NCBI GenBank assembly: GCA_918797485.1
Contig: CAKKNE010000002.1
Coordinates: forward strand, 4,960,001 to 5,024,000
DNA: 64,000 nucleotides
Direction of reading: 5' to 3'
DNA from: Pelagomonas calceolata
Taxonomy: Eukaryota
The notes under the pieces are model-generated. The model had not been told where the DNA came from. It ran no database searches and worked only from the letters and a program-made list of their open reading frames with translations. Position 1 is the first letter of the stretch; each line of letters starts with the position of its first letter. The position numbers and the translations under genes are program-made. Below are positions 1-9,961 of the stretch, one piece after another.

Positions 1-1431
1 GAGGATTGGCGGCGTCACAACCTCGGGGGCTGTGGGGGATGTTTTTACCGACGGTCGGGATTTGCGCATTCTCCAAAGGCATAGGAAGCAAGCGACGCAA
101 AAGATGAGACTGGTGATGGAGATGAGAGCAATCTGCCAGGGGGCGAGTTCATCGTCGACTTGCTTTGTGGGCTGGGCGGTCGGCTGGGCAGTCGTCGGCT
201 GAGAAGTCGGCGCGTTTGCATCGAAGGCGTAGGCCGATCCCGAGGCGGAGCCGCCGTCGTCGTCGCCGCTGGCTCCGACCATGACGGTGCCGCCGTCGAT
301 CGCCACGGAGACGCCGAATTTATCGCTCGCCGCGGCATCACTTGCAGTCAGCTTGGCCACCTGGCCGTACGAGGCGCTGTCGGTCGTGCGGAAGACGTAG
401 GCCGAACCCGAGTTGGAGCCGCCGTAATCATCCAAGTAAGCTCCAATCACGACGGTGTCGCCGTCGATGGCCACGGAGACACCAAAGTTGTCGGCACAAC
501 AGGTGTCGGCGGCCGTCAGCTTGGCCACCTCGTCATATGTGGCGCCGTCGCTCGTGCGGAATAGGTAGACCGCGCCACCTGTGCCGTACGTGCCAGCCCC
601 GATCGCGATGAGGCCACCACTGATCGCCACAGCGCGGCCGAAGTCCGCCGCCGCATCAGCGGTTATTAGCTTGGCGACCTGATTGTACGTGGCGCCCCCG
701 TCGGTCGTACGGAAGACGTAGACCGAGCCCTTGTTTGAGCCGCCGTCGTCGTCGTATCGGGCCCCAACCACGACGGTGCCGGTGTCGATCGCCACGCAGC
801 CGCCAAATTTGTCGCCCGTCGCGGCGTCGGAGGCCCTTAGCTTAGCCAACTGGCCATAAGTGGCGCCACCGTCGGTCGTGCGGAAGACGTAGGCCGAGCC
901 CGAGTTCCAGCCGCCGTCGTCGTCGTAGTAGGCTCCAATCACGATGGTGTCTCCGTCGATCGCCACTGAGATACCGAAGTTGTCGCGCGCCGCGGCGTCG
1001 GCGGCCGTCAGCTTGGCCACCTGGCCGTAGGTGGCGCCGCCGTCGCTCGTGCGGAAGACGTAGGCCGAGCCCTTGTGGGAACAGCTATAGCAGCCAGGAG
1101 CCCCCACCACGACGGTGTCTCCGTCGATCGCCACGGAGTAGCCGAAGCGGTCCCCCGCAGCGCCGTCGGAGGCCGTCAGCTTGGCCACCTGGCCGTACGT
1201 GGCGCCGCCGTCGGTCGTGCGCAAGACGTAGACCGCTCCATAGCCCCACGGTGCGTAGGCCCCGACCACGACGGTGTCTCCGTCGATCGCCACGGAGCTA
1301 CCGAAGCCGTCGCCCGCAGCGGCATCGGAAGCCGTCAGCTTGGCCACCTCCATGTAGTTAAAAGCTGCCAGCCGCCGCCGATCCGCGGGCGCCTCCACGA
1401 GGCAGCACAGCAGGAGAGCGCTGCGCAGCAT
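1..1431 (-). CDS. FG-GAP-repeat (7-blade beta-propeller, integrin-alpha-like) type I membrane protein; 3' end runs off the window
   Basis: Not in the ORF track. Read manually from ATG at 1431: MLRSALLLCCLVEAPADRRRLAAFNYMEVAKLTASDAAAGDGFGSSVAIDGDTVVVGA... Seven repeats of (Q)VAKLTASDAAAGDxFGxSVAIDGDTVVVGA...GSAYVF, then a P/T linker (PTSQPTTAQPTAQPT) and a TM helix (WQIALISITSLIFCVACFLCLW). Confidence 0.85.
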   Translation of the reverse strand, partial: MLRSALLLCCLVEAPADRRRLAAFNYMEVAKLTASDAAAGDGFGSSVAIDGDTVVVGAYAPWGYGAVYVLRTTDGGATYGQVAKLTASDGAAGDRFGYSVAIDGDTVVVGAPGCYSCSHKGSAYVFRTSDGGATYGQVAKLTAADAAARDNFGISVAIDGDTIVIGAYYDDDGGWNSGSAYVFRTTDGGATYGQLAKLRASDAATGDKFGGCVAIDTGTVVVGARYDDDGGSNKGSVYVFRTTDGGATYNQVAKLITADAAADFGRAVAISGGLIAIGAGTYGTGGAVYLFRTSDGATYDEVAKLTAADTCCADNFGVSVAIDGDTVVIGAYLDDYGGSNSGSAYVFRTTDSASYGQVAKLTASDAAASDKFGVSVAIDGGTVMVGASGDDDGGSASGSAYAFDANAPTSQPTTAQPTAQPTKQVDDELAPWQIALISITSLIFCVACFLCLWRMRKSRPSVKTSPTAPEVVTPPIL

Positions 1432-1559
1432 TAGTGGTTGGCTGCCCCGAGCTGCCCCCGCGATTTGATCACCTACGGCGCTCTGTCGATCCGGCGCCGC
1501 TGCACATCCAAATCATCTTGCTAGAGTCGCCGCAACAAGTCATCAATAAGGAACAAACC

Positions 1560-2831
1560 TTACCCCGACGACGAGTCCGCCCGCGGCCGGCAGAAGCAGC
1601 CCGTATTTACCGAACCGCCCGCGAGCGGCGCGCACTGCTTCGCGAGGGCCCTCCCCAAGTCCTTGCCGCCGTCGCGGGACCGCACGTCGTAGGCGAAGGG
1701 CTCGGCGCCGAAGTTCACCTCGACGGCGTCGCCGTGGTCGAGGCCGACGCACGGGTACAACGGTTCGTCGAGGTCTTTTTGTTGTAAAGGGATGCCGCCG
1801 ACGCTCACGCCGTTGCGCGTGAAGAAGACCTCCCTACGGCCCCGGTCGACGCCGCATCCCACCACATCGCCTCGGCCGAAGGTGTCGCCCCTTGCCACAG
1901 CAGCACCGTCGCCGTGGAACCGGCCCCCGTCGTCGCCGTGATACCCCCAGGACTCGGCGTCCCAGCCCGGCATTAACCGCCCGGCATCAAAACCAGCTCT
2001 CGCACAGCCGATGGCCACGCAGGGCGGCGCCGCCATCGCGCGCTCTTCAACTTCGCGCGGCGCGCCGGATAGAGCTACTCGCAGCTCGAAATAAGCTATC
2101 AGTGAGGGTGCTACGCGTATGGCCGTACCGGAGAAGGGAAAGGTCTCCTCCTGGACAGCTCTAGGTGTAGCAACACATTTTGGGGCCGTTTTCGGTTTTG
2201 ATGAATGCCGGTTCATCAAGCTTCGAGCGACGGCTAGCGGCGATTGTGTGGAGGCACCGGTCAGCGCCGGGCCGAAGATCCGTCTTGAAAAACTTCCGTC
2301 GGCGGGCGCCCTTTGTTGAGGTGTGGTCGTTATTGCCTGGTCGCCAAAAAAGGGCGCGTCCGCGACGCAGGACCGGTCGCCCACACCTAAAGCGCCGCCG
2401 AAGGCTAACGTGACCAAGCCTGTCTTTGACTCGCCGACCCGCAGCTGCGTGCCGGCTCGCAGCCCCTTGCGCATTGTTGGGGCCGGTCTAGCAAGACCAT
2501 ACAGTAACCGGGGCGGCGCGGCGCACTGAACTGAAGTGTTCGGAGGAAGGTGCCACCTACTCCTACAAAGCACGAGCCAGGGCGTGTCACTCTGAGCTCG
2601 CCGGCGCCAGCCTCTCGACAAAACCGAGGCTAGTCGTAGCGCAGGCGCATCGAGCAAGGAAATAATAGCACAATCAATTAATTCAGAAGGAAGCCACTGG
2701 TCGGGGTCGAAGCCCCGCGTCTCCTCTATCCTCCTATTGAAATTCCGGAGGGCTTCTTCGGCTTCGTCGAAGTCGTCCCCTGTGACGGCGGCCTCTTTCA
2801 CTAGCGCGGAGAGGAGCGTGGGCTGGCACAT
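1560..2831 (-). CDS. F-box + SPRY (RanBP9/10-type B30.2/SPRY) domain protein
   Basis: F-box-like LPSELIDCAIISLLDAPALRLASVLSRGWRR; SPRY motifs YFE..VAIG..MPGWDAESWGYHGDDG..FGRGDVVGCG..FFTRNG..LYPCVGL..VNFG. Confidence 0.85.
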   Translation of the reverse strand: MCQPTLLSALVKEAAVTGDDFDEAEEALRNFNRRIEETRGFDPDQWLPSELIDCAIISLLDAPALRLASVLSRGWRRRAQSDTPWLVLCRSRWHLPPNTSVQCAAPPRLLYGLARPAPTMRKGLRAGTQLRVGESKTGLVTLAFGGALGVGDRSCVADAPFFGDQAITTTPQQRAPADGSFSRRIFGPALTGASTQSPLAVARSLMNRHSSKPKTAPKCVATPRAVQEETFPFSGTAIRVAPSLIAYFELRVALSGAPREVEERAMAAPPCVAIGCARAGFDAGRLMPGWDAESWGYHGDDGGRFHGDGAAVARGDTFGRGDVVGCGVDRGRREVFFTRNGVSVGGIPLQQKDLDEPLYPCVGLDHGDAVEVNFGAEPFAYDVRSRDGGKDLGRALAKQCAPLAGGSVNTGCFCRPRADSSSG

Positions 2832-3537
2832 GTTGGTTGTTGTTGTGGGTGCGTTTTGGTGGTGGATCTTAGTGGGCGGAAGGTGTTTTTAGGGGGAGAC
2901 TGTTTTAGCAGATCTCCAGCAGATCTCGTCCTATGCCGCCTCCTGCTTTAAGCTGCCACGTTCACAGCTGCGCGCTGACCCCCAGAGGCAGTAGCGCGTT
3001 GACTGGCGTCCAGCGCTTATCTGTAGGCCGCGCACGGGGCTCGTACCAAGCGCTGAAATCGAGCACCTCCTCCTAGAGGTCCTTTGTTTTGCTAGCTTTG
3101 AAAATGAATGTGGCTGAAAATCCCGTGAAGGCGAAAATGAACCATCTTAGCACGATTGCCTGGCTTTCGAGACGAATGGTGAGGGTTAATATGGGTGAGA
3201 TTTCTGGCTCTCGATGGCAGACGCGCTTAAATTACCTTATATCGATCAACCAAACGATTGCGCGCTCTCAGGCCCCGTAGGAAAGTCCTCCAGGTACTCG
3301 AGCTCTCTGCGAACCCCACGCGGCAGCGAGTGCGGACGCGTACGCCGACGTATAACGAGCCTCCGGCGACTGCTCCACGTGCACTGCCATCCGCGCCCAC
3401 GGCCCCTATCCGCGCCTCTGCGCCTGCCGCTGATCCCTCAAAGAACCGCACACATCGACCACAGCCAGGGAGGAGCGGCTCGCGGGCCTTAAACCTTTTT
3501 CCCGCCTGGCCGGCCAGGCCTTCCGCGCTCAAAAAGG

Positions 3538-3998
3538 ATGCAGCGCCCCCAGCTCTCCCGCCAGCATATCTCCTCGCCTCTGACAGTCGTGACAGCGTGG
3601 AAATCAAACTTCTCCACGCCCCGTGACTGCGTCTGCTCGATGGCGTAACGATTTTCACACAGGTCGTGGACTCGGACGACGAGGAGGGCCCCGTCGTCGA
3701 GGGCTGGTCCATCTTCGAGAACTCCACCGACTCGTCGTCCTCGGAGACGACGCTCGGCCTCGACGCGCCCCAGAGCCCCGTCTGGGAGGACCGCCTCGAG
3801 TCCTTCCTCCGCCGGCGCCGCGCGTTTAGTGTCGACCACGAGGCCGCGGCGACGCCGACGAAGAAGCGCACCAAAAGAGCGCCCGCGCGCAGGACCTGCG
3901 CGCCGGGCCCGCCCGCGGCGGCCGCGAAGGCGGCGCCCAAGCAGGAGGCGCCGCCGCCGCCGCGCCTCGCGCGCGCCCAGTCCTGGACCGGCGAGTAG
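3538..3998 (+). CDS. Small hypothetical protein (~127 aa), exons 3538-3585 and 3663-3998
   Basis: ATG at 3538 gives MQRPQLSRQHISSPLT, which joins VVDSDDEEGPVVEGW... in frame after removing intron 3586-3662. Confidence 0.6.
3586..3662 (+). mobile_element. Introner-like intron (77 bp, GT-AG)
   Basis: TSD gtcgtg-a / gtcgtgga; TIR cagcgtggaaatc ... gattttcacacag; internal cgatggcgt. Confidence 0.75.
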
Positions 3999-4319
3999 TG
4001 CCGCTCGTCTTTCGATTTGTTTCCACATACAGTTGCCAGTGTAAAAATGGTGTATACACTCCGTCTCGGGGACCGGCGGTGTGTGTGTGTGCACGAGTCG
4101 CGGCGATGGCGTGCCGGTGGGGCGTACGACTTGTTTACGCCATCGCTGCGACCGGTCGGTACTGCCAGTGCCAATGTTTGACATTTAAACAAGCTAACAC
4201 TCGGGGCGACGGCGTATGAGGGCCGGGGGCGGGGCGGGCGTGCGGTAACGCAGACCCCGCGTCGGCCGGCTGGCTAGGCTCTAATCTAAGCGAAGCATGC
4301 CAAAACAAACACAAAATCC

Positions 4320-5219
4320 TTAAAAAATCCCCTGCCACCACCACCGCTCTACGGGCGCGCTGGCGTCGCCCACGACGCGCGCCGTCGTCGCCTGCGCCTC
4401 GTTCAGCGCGGCGGCGGCGGCGAGCGCGGCATTGAGTGAAGCGACGCGATCGGCGTCGACGACGCGTTCGGTGGAGAAGAAGAGCGACGTCGGCGCGGCG
4501 CGGGCCACTTCATGCGTAATGGCCGTCGCCGCGTGGAGCTGCGTGCAGCCCGTGTCCCTCACGAGCAGGCCCGCGTTCGCCTCGGAGACACCACCCGCGA
4601 CGACGACCGCGATGCGCCGCCTCCCACAAGCCTTCTGGAGGGCCCAGAGCGTGCTGCGCCCGCCGCGCGCCGTCGCCGCGCCGCCGGACGACAGGACGCG
4701 CGCGCAGCCGAGGCGTTCTAACGCACTCGCGACGCGGTCGACGGCTCGCAGGTCCTTCGCTCTTCTTAGGACCTCGTCCGACGCGCGGTGGAAGCATATA
4801 ACGGCGTCCTTGCCCGCTGCGTCGATCAGCGTCGCCGTTGCGGCCTCGTCAATACTACCGTCGGCCCCGAGGCAACCCAGCGCGAACCCGCGGCAGCCCA
4901 CACTCCTCAATTCTCGCACCTCGCTCACCATGTCCCGCAGCTCCTCCTCCGTATATACGAAATCGCCGCTCCGAATGCGCACCAAGGCCACAACGTCCGC
5001 GGCCTCCTCGAGCGCCGCCCGGACGAGCGCCGGTGAGGGCGTCAGACCGCCGCAATGCAGCGACGCGCGCGCGCAGATTTCCACGCGCAAGGCGCCACCT
5101 CTGACGGCGTTGCGCACGCTCTCGCGGCTGTCGCAGCACGCTTCTAAGACGATTGCTGGTGCCGGCGGGCTGTCGGTCGGCTCCTCGACCTCCCACGCTG
5201 GTTGGTTTTCATCGGCCAT
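4320..5219 (-). CDS. cutC: Copper homeostasis protein CutC family (TIM barrel)
   Basis: LEACCDS..A..GGALRVEIC..GGLTPS..VRIRSGDFVY..FHRASD..LG..RVLSSGG..VVAGGV; likely start MADENQ at 5219. Confidence 0.9.
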   Translation of the reverse strand: MADENQPAWEVEEPTDSPPAPAIVLEACCDSRESVRNAVRGGALRVEICARASLHCGGLTPSPALVRAALEEAADVVALVRIRSGDFVYTEEELRDMVSEVRELRSVGCRGFALGCLGADGSIDEAATATLIDAAGKDAVICFHRASDEVLRRAKDLRAVDRVASALERLGCARVLSSGGAATARGGRSTLWALQKACGRRRIAVVVAGGVSEANAGLLVRDTGCTQLHAATAITHEVARAAPTSLFFSTERVVDADRVASLNAALAAAAALNEAQATTARVVGDASAPVERWWWQGIF

Positions 5220-5607
5220 TCGCCCGTCGCAGTCCTCCGACGCCGCGGCAGCGCCTCGCACCGGAACGGCTTGTTTGCGGCCGCCGCGGCCGCACAGCTC
5301 GAACCGCTTTGGTCAAGGCTCGTCAGGAGATCACCAAAGATGATCCCAATCGCTCACCCCACTACGATGCGCAGCGGCCGCGTACGAGACGACAAAGCTG
5401 GGCTTCGAGCTAGCCTGCGTTGACACACTAGAGATCTCTGGCGCCGCTGCCTTATTCAAACCAGCGGAGGACTTGCAGCGTTCAGCGGCGCTGGTGGCAC
5501 ACGCACAGACTCCCTACTACGCTGCCGACGTCGCGCAGCACCGAGAGATCGCCTGTGGCGGTAAACAAACAAAGCCACAGAGAGCGCGCGCTGCGGCAGC
5601 AAGCAAG

Positions 5608-7566
5608 ATGTCGGCGATGGCCGCCGCACTAAGACAGGTCCCGCCCTTCACGCCCCTCAAACGCGAAACGACACCAGAAGACGCGCCGACCCAATTGAAA
5701 GCCATCGACGCGCTGCTCGAGGCGCGCGGGTTTGGGGAGGCCGACGCCGGCGTGTTGAGTCGAGTCGAGGACCTGCTGGAGCGGTACGAAGCGCGGGGCG
5801 AGTCCGTCCAGCGGCTCGCCGGCAAGATGTCGGCGCTAGATTCCCATAGAAGAGGTGCGGACGACGAGCTCGGCGCGATACCTACGTTAAGGAAGGAGCT
5901 CGAGCGCTGCCAGGCGGCGCTCAAGCAGTCCGAGGCCGCTCGAAGACGAGCGGAGAGCGAGAAGTTCGCCGAGACGGCGCGCGTCCACGAAGCTAGGTCT
6001 GATGCCGACCAGTGCCGCCTGAAGCGCACCGAGGCCGAGGCTCGGTTACGCCAGGCCGAATCATCATTACGAGAAGAGACCTTGCATCGGAAGCGCGCCG
6101 AGAGCAAGCTCCAACAAGCGAAAGCTAGGGCTCTGAAGCCGCAGAAAGCTCACACGTCCGCATCTGCACGGGAATTGTTTGAAGCCGCGACGGGCCGGGC
6201 GCCGCGGCCGACGTCCGCGGCGGATCAAAGGGCGTTAGAGGTCGCCGAGGTCGGCGCTAGGTGTCGCGCGAAGCTCGAGGAGGACGTGGCTAGACTCAGG
6301 GGCGACGTCGAGGTGCTACGGGCGGCCCTCGAGAGCCAGCCACCTGTCGAGCCGAAGCAGATCGTCGACGACGTCTGCGCTGCGCTCGAAGAGTCTAATT
6401 TGGAGGCCAAGGACGACGCCGCCCTGGCCGTGCCACCGACGCCGCACAACTCGCGCACTTCGTTGGTCGAGGCCTCTGGAGAAGATCCGCAGTTGCAGGC
6501 CCAGCGCGAGATGATCGAAAGAGCGGCGGAACGCAACAGAGACCTTGCGGCCGCTTTAGAACACGCGAATAGTAGGTTGGCGGAAGTCGAGAACGAGCGC
6601 GAAGCCCTCCAGTCGCGGCCGACGGCCAAGCAGTACGCGGAAAAACTTTCTGAAATATCAACTCTGGAGAAGAAGTTGTCTGACGTCCAGGGCAAGGCGC
6701 GGACGCACGAGCGGGCTCTGCGTCGCTATGCCGGTACGAAAGAATTAGTAAGAAGAGACCGGTTGGACTACGCGCTCGATCTCAAATCCCTGGACGCGAT
6801 GCCCAAGAACGTCGCCGTGGACGTCGTGCGGGAGGTCTGCCGCGATTTGCGGCTGTCGGACGCGGGCGAGGCGCCCGTAGCGGTGCGGAAACTGTGCGCG
6901 GCCACGAAGAAACTCCCGGCACTGGTCCAATTCGCCAGAAAGGCGTGCGCCATGCTCGACGTCCCATCTGTTGGTGGTGGCCCTTTGCCTTTGGAAGCCG
7001 CTCTCGACGCGCTCGAAGCCGCGAAGCTTTCCAAAAGTGATCAACAACAATTGGTGGAGCACGTCGCCGCGACTCTGGACTTACTGAGGAGGGCGGACCT
7101 CGCTCCTGACGGTGACGTGAGGGCGGACGCGCAAGCGGTCCGCAGGGCCGTCGAACAATTGTTGGATGAAAAGGCGCAAAATGCCAAAAGTAATTCCGCA
7201 TTGAAGGCCTGCAACTCGCTGATCGCGGAGACGCCGGACGCGACGTGCGGGCGCGTCCTGAACCGGGTGCGGGAGCAGCTCAATTGCAATGATGTGAAGG
7301 GCATTATTCCTTCCTTGTCGCGGAAATTATCAAGGTGCGCCGAGCTCGAGACGTTTTGTAGGGCGGCGGCCGATAGGTTGGGCGTGGCCCAGCCGGCTCG
7401 TACTGGAGCTATATTGGGCGCGATCGATAGAAGAATGGCGCGGCGCAAGAAGCCCGTCGAAGCGTTGCCGGCGTCGACGACCGCCGAGCCCGCAGCTCTG
7501 GCGCCTGCGACGACCGCGGACGAGGTGGATGACTTTTCCAAGGCGCTGGCGGCCGCGCCCGTGTAA
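5608..7566 (+). CDS. Long coiled-coil protein, possibly centrosomal/basal-body (Cep70-like)
   Basis: Extended heptad coiled coils. C-terminal LNRVREQLNCNDVKGIIPSLSRK..ELETF resembles the Cep70 C-terminus (recalled, not searched). Likely start MSAMAAA at 5608. Confidence 0.55.
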   Translation: MSAMAAALRQVPPFTPLKRETTPEDAPTQLKAIDALLEARGFGEADAGVLSRVEDLLERYEARGESVQRLAGKMSALDSHRRGADDELGAIPTLRKELERCQAALKQSEAARRRAESEKFAETARVHEARSDADQCRLKRTEAEARLRQAESSLREETLHRKRAESKLQQAKARALKPQKAHTSASARELFEAATGRAPRPTSAADQRALEVAEVGARCRAKLEEDVARLRGDVEVLRAALESQPPVEPKQIVDDVCAALEESNLEAKDDAALAVPPTPHNSRTSLVEASGEDPQLQAQREMIERAAERNRDLAAALEHANSRLAEVENEREALQSRPTAKQYAEKLSEISTLEKKLSDVQGKARTHERALRRYAGTKELVRRDRLDYALDLKSLDAMPKNVAVDVVREVCRDLRLSDAGEAPVAVRKLCAATKKLPALVQFARKACAMLDVPSVGGGPLPLEAALDALEAAKLSKSDQQQLVEHVAATLDLLRRADLAPDGDVRADAQAVRRAVEQLLDEKAQNAKSNSALKACNSLIAETPDATCGRVLNRVREQLNCNDVKGIIPSLSRKLSRCAELETFCRAAADRLGVAQPARTGAILGAIDRRMARRKKPVEALPASTTAEPAALAPATTADEVDDFSKALAAAPV

Positions 7567-8017
7567 GAGAAAGTTCACACGATAAATACGAACGAACGAA
7601 CGAGCTTATTGTTACGGTGCTAGGACTAGTAGGCGGAGCCCCTGCCCAGGGCCGGGGGAGACACCGCGCGTCGCCGATTCATCGGCGGCGGGTGCGTGCC
7701 GCATTTTCCATGACAGCATACCTCATTCTAAGCAGAACCGCCTCGGCAACCCTAGTACAGGCTCGCGCCCCGACTTTCGACGCTAGTGTCTTTACAGCAC
7801 GCTAGAATTATCGACGATCTCGATCGAGACCGAAGACCGCAGAGCTAGGACGCTGTCAGCTTGCAATCACATCGCTCGTCGTGGAAGCAGCGCGTCGTAG
7901 CTGTGCGCCGACGACCCGTGAACTACTGCAGCGACAGGTAGAGACAAAGCCTTTTCTCATAGATAGCTCTCAGACGCGGCCGACGCGTGCAGCAAATTGT
8001 AAGTAGCAACAACCATC

Positions 8018-9932
8018 ATGGCGGCAAAACCGGAAGACATCATGGGCGACGGCTCCATTTTGAAAACTATCATCAAGGCGGGCACGGGAGAGGAGAAGCC
8101 GGCATGGGGCAATAAAGTGAAAGTACATTACGTCGGCACGCTCACGTCGAATGGCGAGAAGTTCGACTCGAGCCGCGACCGTAACAGCCCTTTTGACTTT
8201 CAAGTTGGTTCTGGGGTAATCACGGGCTGGTCCGAGGCCGTGCCGACGATGCTGCTCGGTGAAATCGCAAAGTTCACCATTTCAAGCGAAAAAGCGTATG
8301 GTCCCGGCGGCTCACCACCAAAAATCCCTCCCAACGCGTCGTTAGACTTTGAGATTGAATTACTCTCATTTACGGACCGGGAGGACGTCTTGCAAGATGG
8401 GACATTAATGAAAAAACAACTCGGCAAGCCTGACGAGGACTCGTGGGTCACGCCGAACGCGAACTGTGATGTGGAGTTCAAGCTCACAATAGCGGGCGGC
8501 GACGAGCACGCCGTGAGCTGGCCCGCTGGGACTGGGTGCCCGCACGGCTTACCCCCAAGACTACGAGAAGGTTTGTTTGAGATGAGGAAGGGCGAGACGT
8601 GTTCGTTCCTATTACCTAAGGACGCCCCTGGTGTGGATTATGAAGTGACCCTTGTGAGTTGGGTCGAGAACGAGGAGTGCGTGAGCGGGGACGACGGCGC
8701 GGTGGTCAAGAGAATTGAAAGAGATAAGACGATTGGCAAAGACGACTGGAAGTGCCCGCACGACTTAGATACGGTACATATGAGAGGTAAGGTGTGGGTC
8801 GACGGCGACGAGGCGAAATGCGTCGATTACGGCGAGATTCCGCCCAATACTGACGGGTCGCAGGACGCTTCTGTTTATGTTGTGGATGAGGACCTGACCA
8901 CGTCTACTGGTAGTGCCGTGTGCCCTGGTATCGATGCCGTCGTGAAGAAGCTTAGAGTTGGAGAAATATCCACCGCGATCATTAGGAAGGACTATGGGTT
9001 CAAAGAAGGGCCACTCGCGGGCCAGCCGCTGCGCTGCCGCCTCGAGCTCGTGAAAATAGACCCACAGACCCCCAATTGGGAGATCAAGACGACCGAGCTC
9101 AAGATCGAGGCCGTTTCTGGCAGTGTGGAAATCAGTCGCCGCCGTGAGAGCACGTCGCGTCGACGGCGTCGACGCGATGCCGCAGCGTTGACGGCGTCGA
9201 CGCGATGCCGCCGCGCCGCCGCCGACATGTGCCGCCCTGACGCTGTCGACGTCGCGCCGCCGCCGTCACGCTGCCCCCGCGCAGGTCAACGCCAAGCGCT
9301 GCCTCGGCAACGCCTGGGTCGCTAGAAATGATATCCCGAGAGCGATTCGTCGATACGGCGCGGCCATAGAAATAGGGGACTCGGATTACGACATCGTCGA
9401 CGAGGACGAGAAGCGGAGGTTGCGGGAAGCTGTTTCTGCATGCAAGCTCAACCGCGCGATGTGCCACCTTAAGGTCAAAAACTACCAGGACTGCCTCAAG
9501 GACTGCTCGGACGTGCTGGACATTGATTCTACAAGTGTCAAGGCCTTGTTCCGGCAAGGCAAGTGCTATCTCGCGCTCGACAAGTGGGACGCCGCCAAGG
9601 AGTCGTTCCGAAAGGTCCTTGAGCTCGACGACGGCAACATGGAGGCTCGGCGCGGGTTGCAGAGCGTGCGCGTACCAGTCTGTGTGAAAATCAACCAACG
9701 TCGCGTCGATGGCGGGAGCGCCTGAAATTCGATTGCCACACAGGTCAAGATGCAAGCTCAGAAAGAAAAGGAGAAGAAGCTCTACGCCGGCAAGAAGCTC
9801 TTCGACGGGAAGGACCGACCTGCTCCGAAGAAGGCTCCCGCGTCGGCGTGTTGTGACGCGTCGGCGCCGGACGGGTCGTGTTGTCCGCCGCCGCCGCCCG
9901 AAGCAGCCGCGCCGCCGCCCGCGGAGCAGTAG
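8018..9932 (+). CDS. Multi-domain FKBP peptidyl-prolyl isomerase with TPR repeats (FKBP52/ROF1-like Hsp90 co-chaperone); exons 8018-9112, 9285-9671, 9744-9932
   Basis: FKBP motif VKVHYVGTL..GEKFDSSRDR..PF.F..VITGW..AYG..GSPPKIPPNASL.FEIEL plus two degenerate FKBP domains. TPR exon LNRAMCHLK..VKALFRQGK..FRKVLELD. C-terminal KEKEKKLYA. Confidence 0.9.
9113..9284 (+). mobile_element. Introner-like intron (172 bp, GT-AG)
   Basis: GT lies 8 nt upstream of cagtgtggaaatc; ends cgcgcag|gtc; several gcgtcgacgcg palindromes; splicing restores the FKBP-to-TPR frame. Confidence 0.8.
9672..9743 (+). mobile_element. Introner-like intron (72 bp, GT-AG)
   Basis: GT lies 8 nt before TIR ctgtgtgaaaatc; 3' TIR gattgccacacag; splicing removes an in-frame stop. 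An alternative donor at 9666 is possible. Confidence 0.8.
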
Positions 9933-9961
9933 GCGCGATTACCCCCCTAATATTGGTTTTA

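Noticed and set aside
330..1350. Regularly spaced repeats resembling a CRISPR array
   Set aside because: They are in-frame FG-GAP protein repeats in a eukaryotic gene; there are no unique spacers and no cas genes.
160..1434. Plus-strand ORFs with repeated HDGVAVDRHG
   Set aside because: Antisense shadows of the minus-strand FG-GAP gene.
3227..4192. 321-aa minus-strand ORF and other long R/P/A-rich overlapping ORFs (e.g. 4432-5343, 36533-38050, 38766-40244)
   Set aside because: Expected from stop-codon scarcity at high GC; no domains; they overlap better-supported genes.
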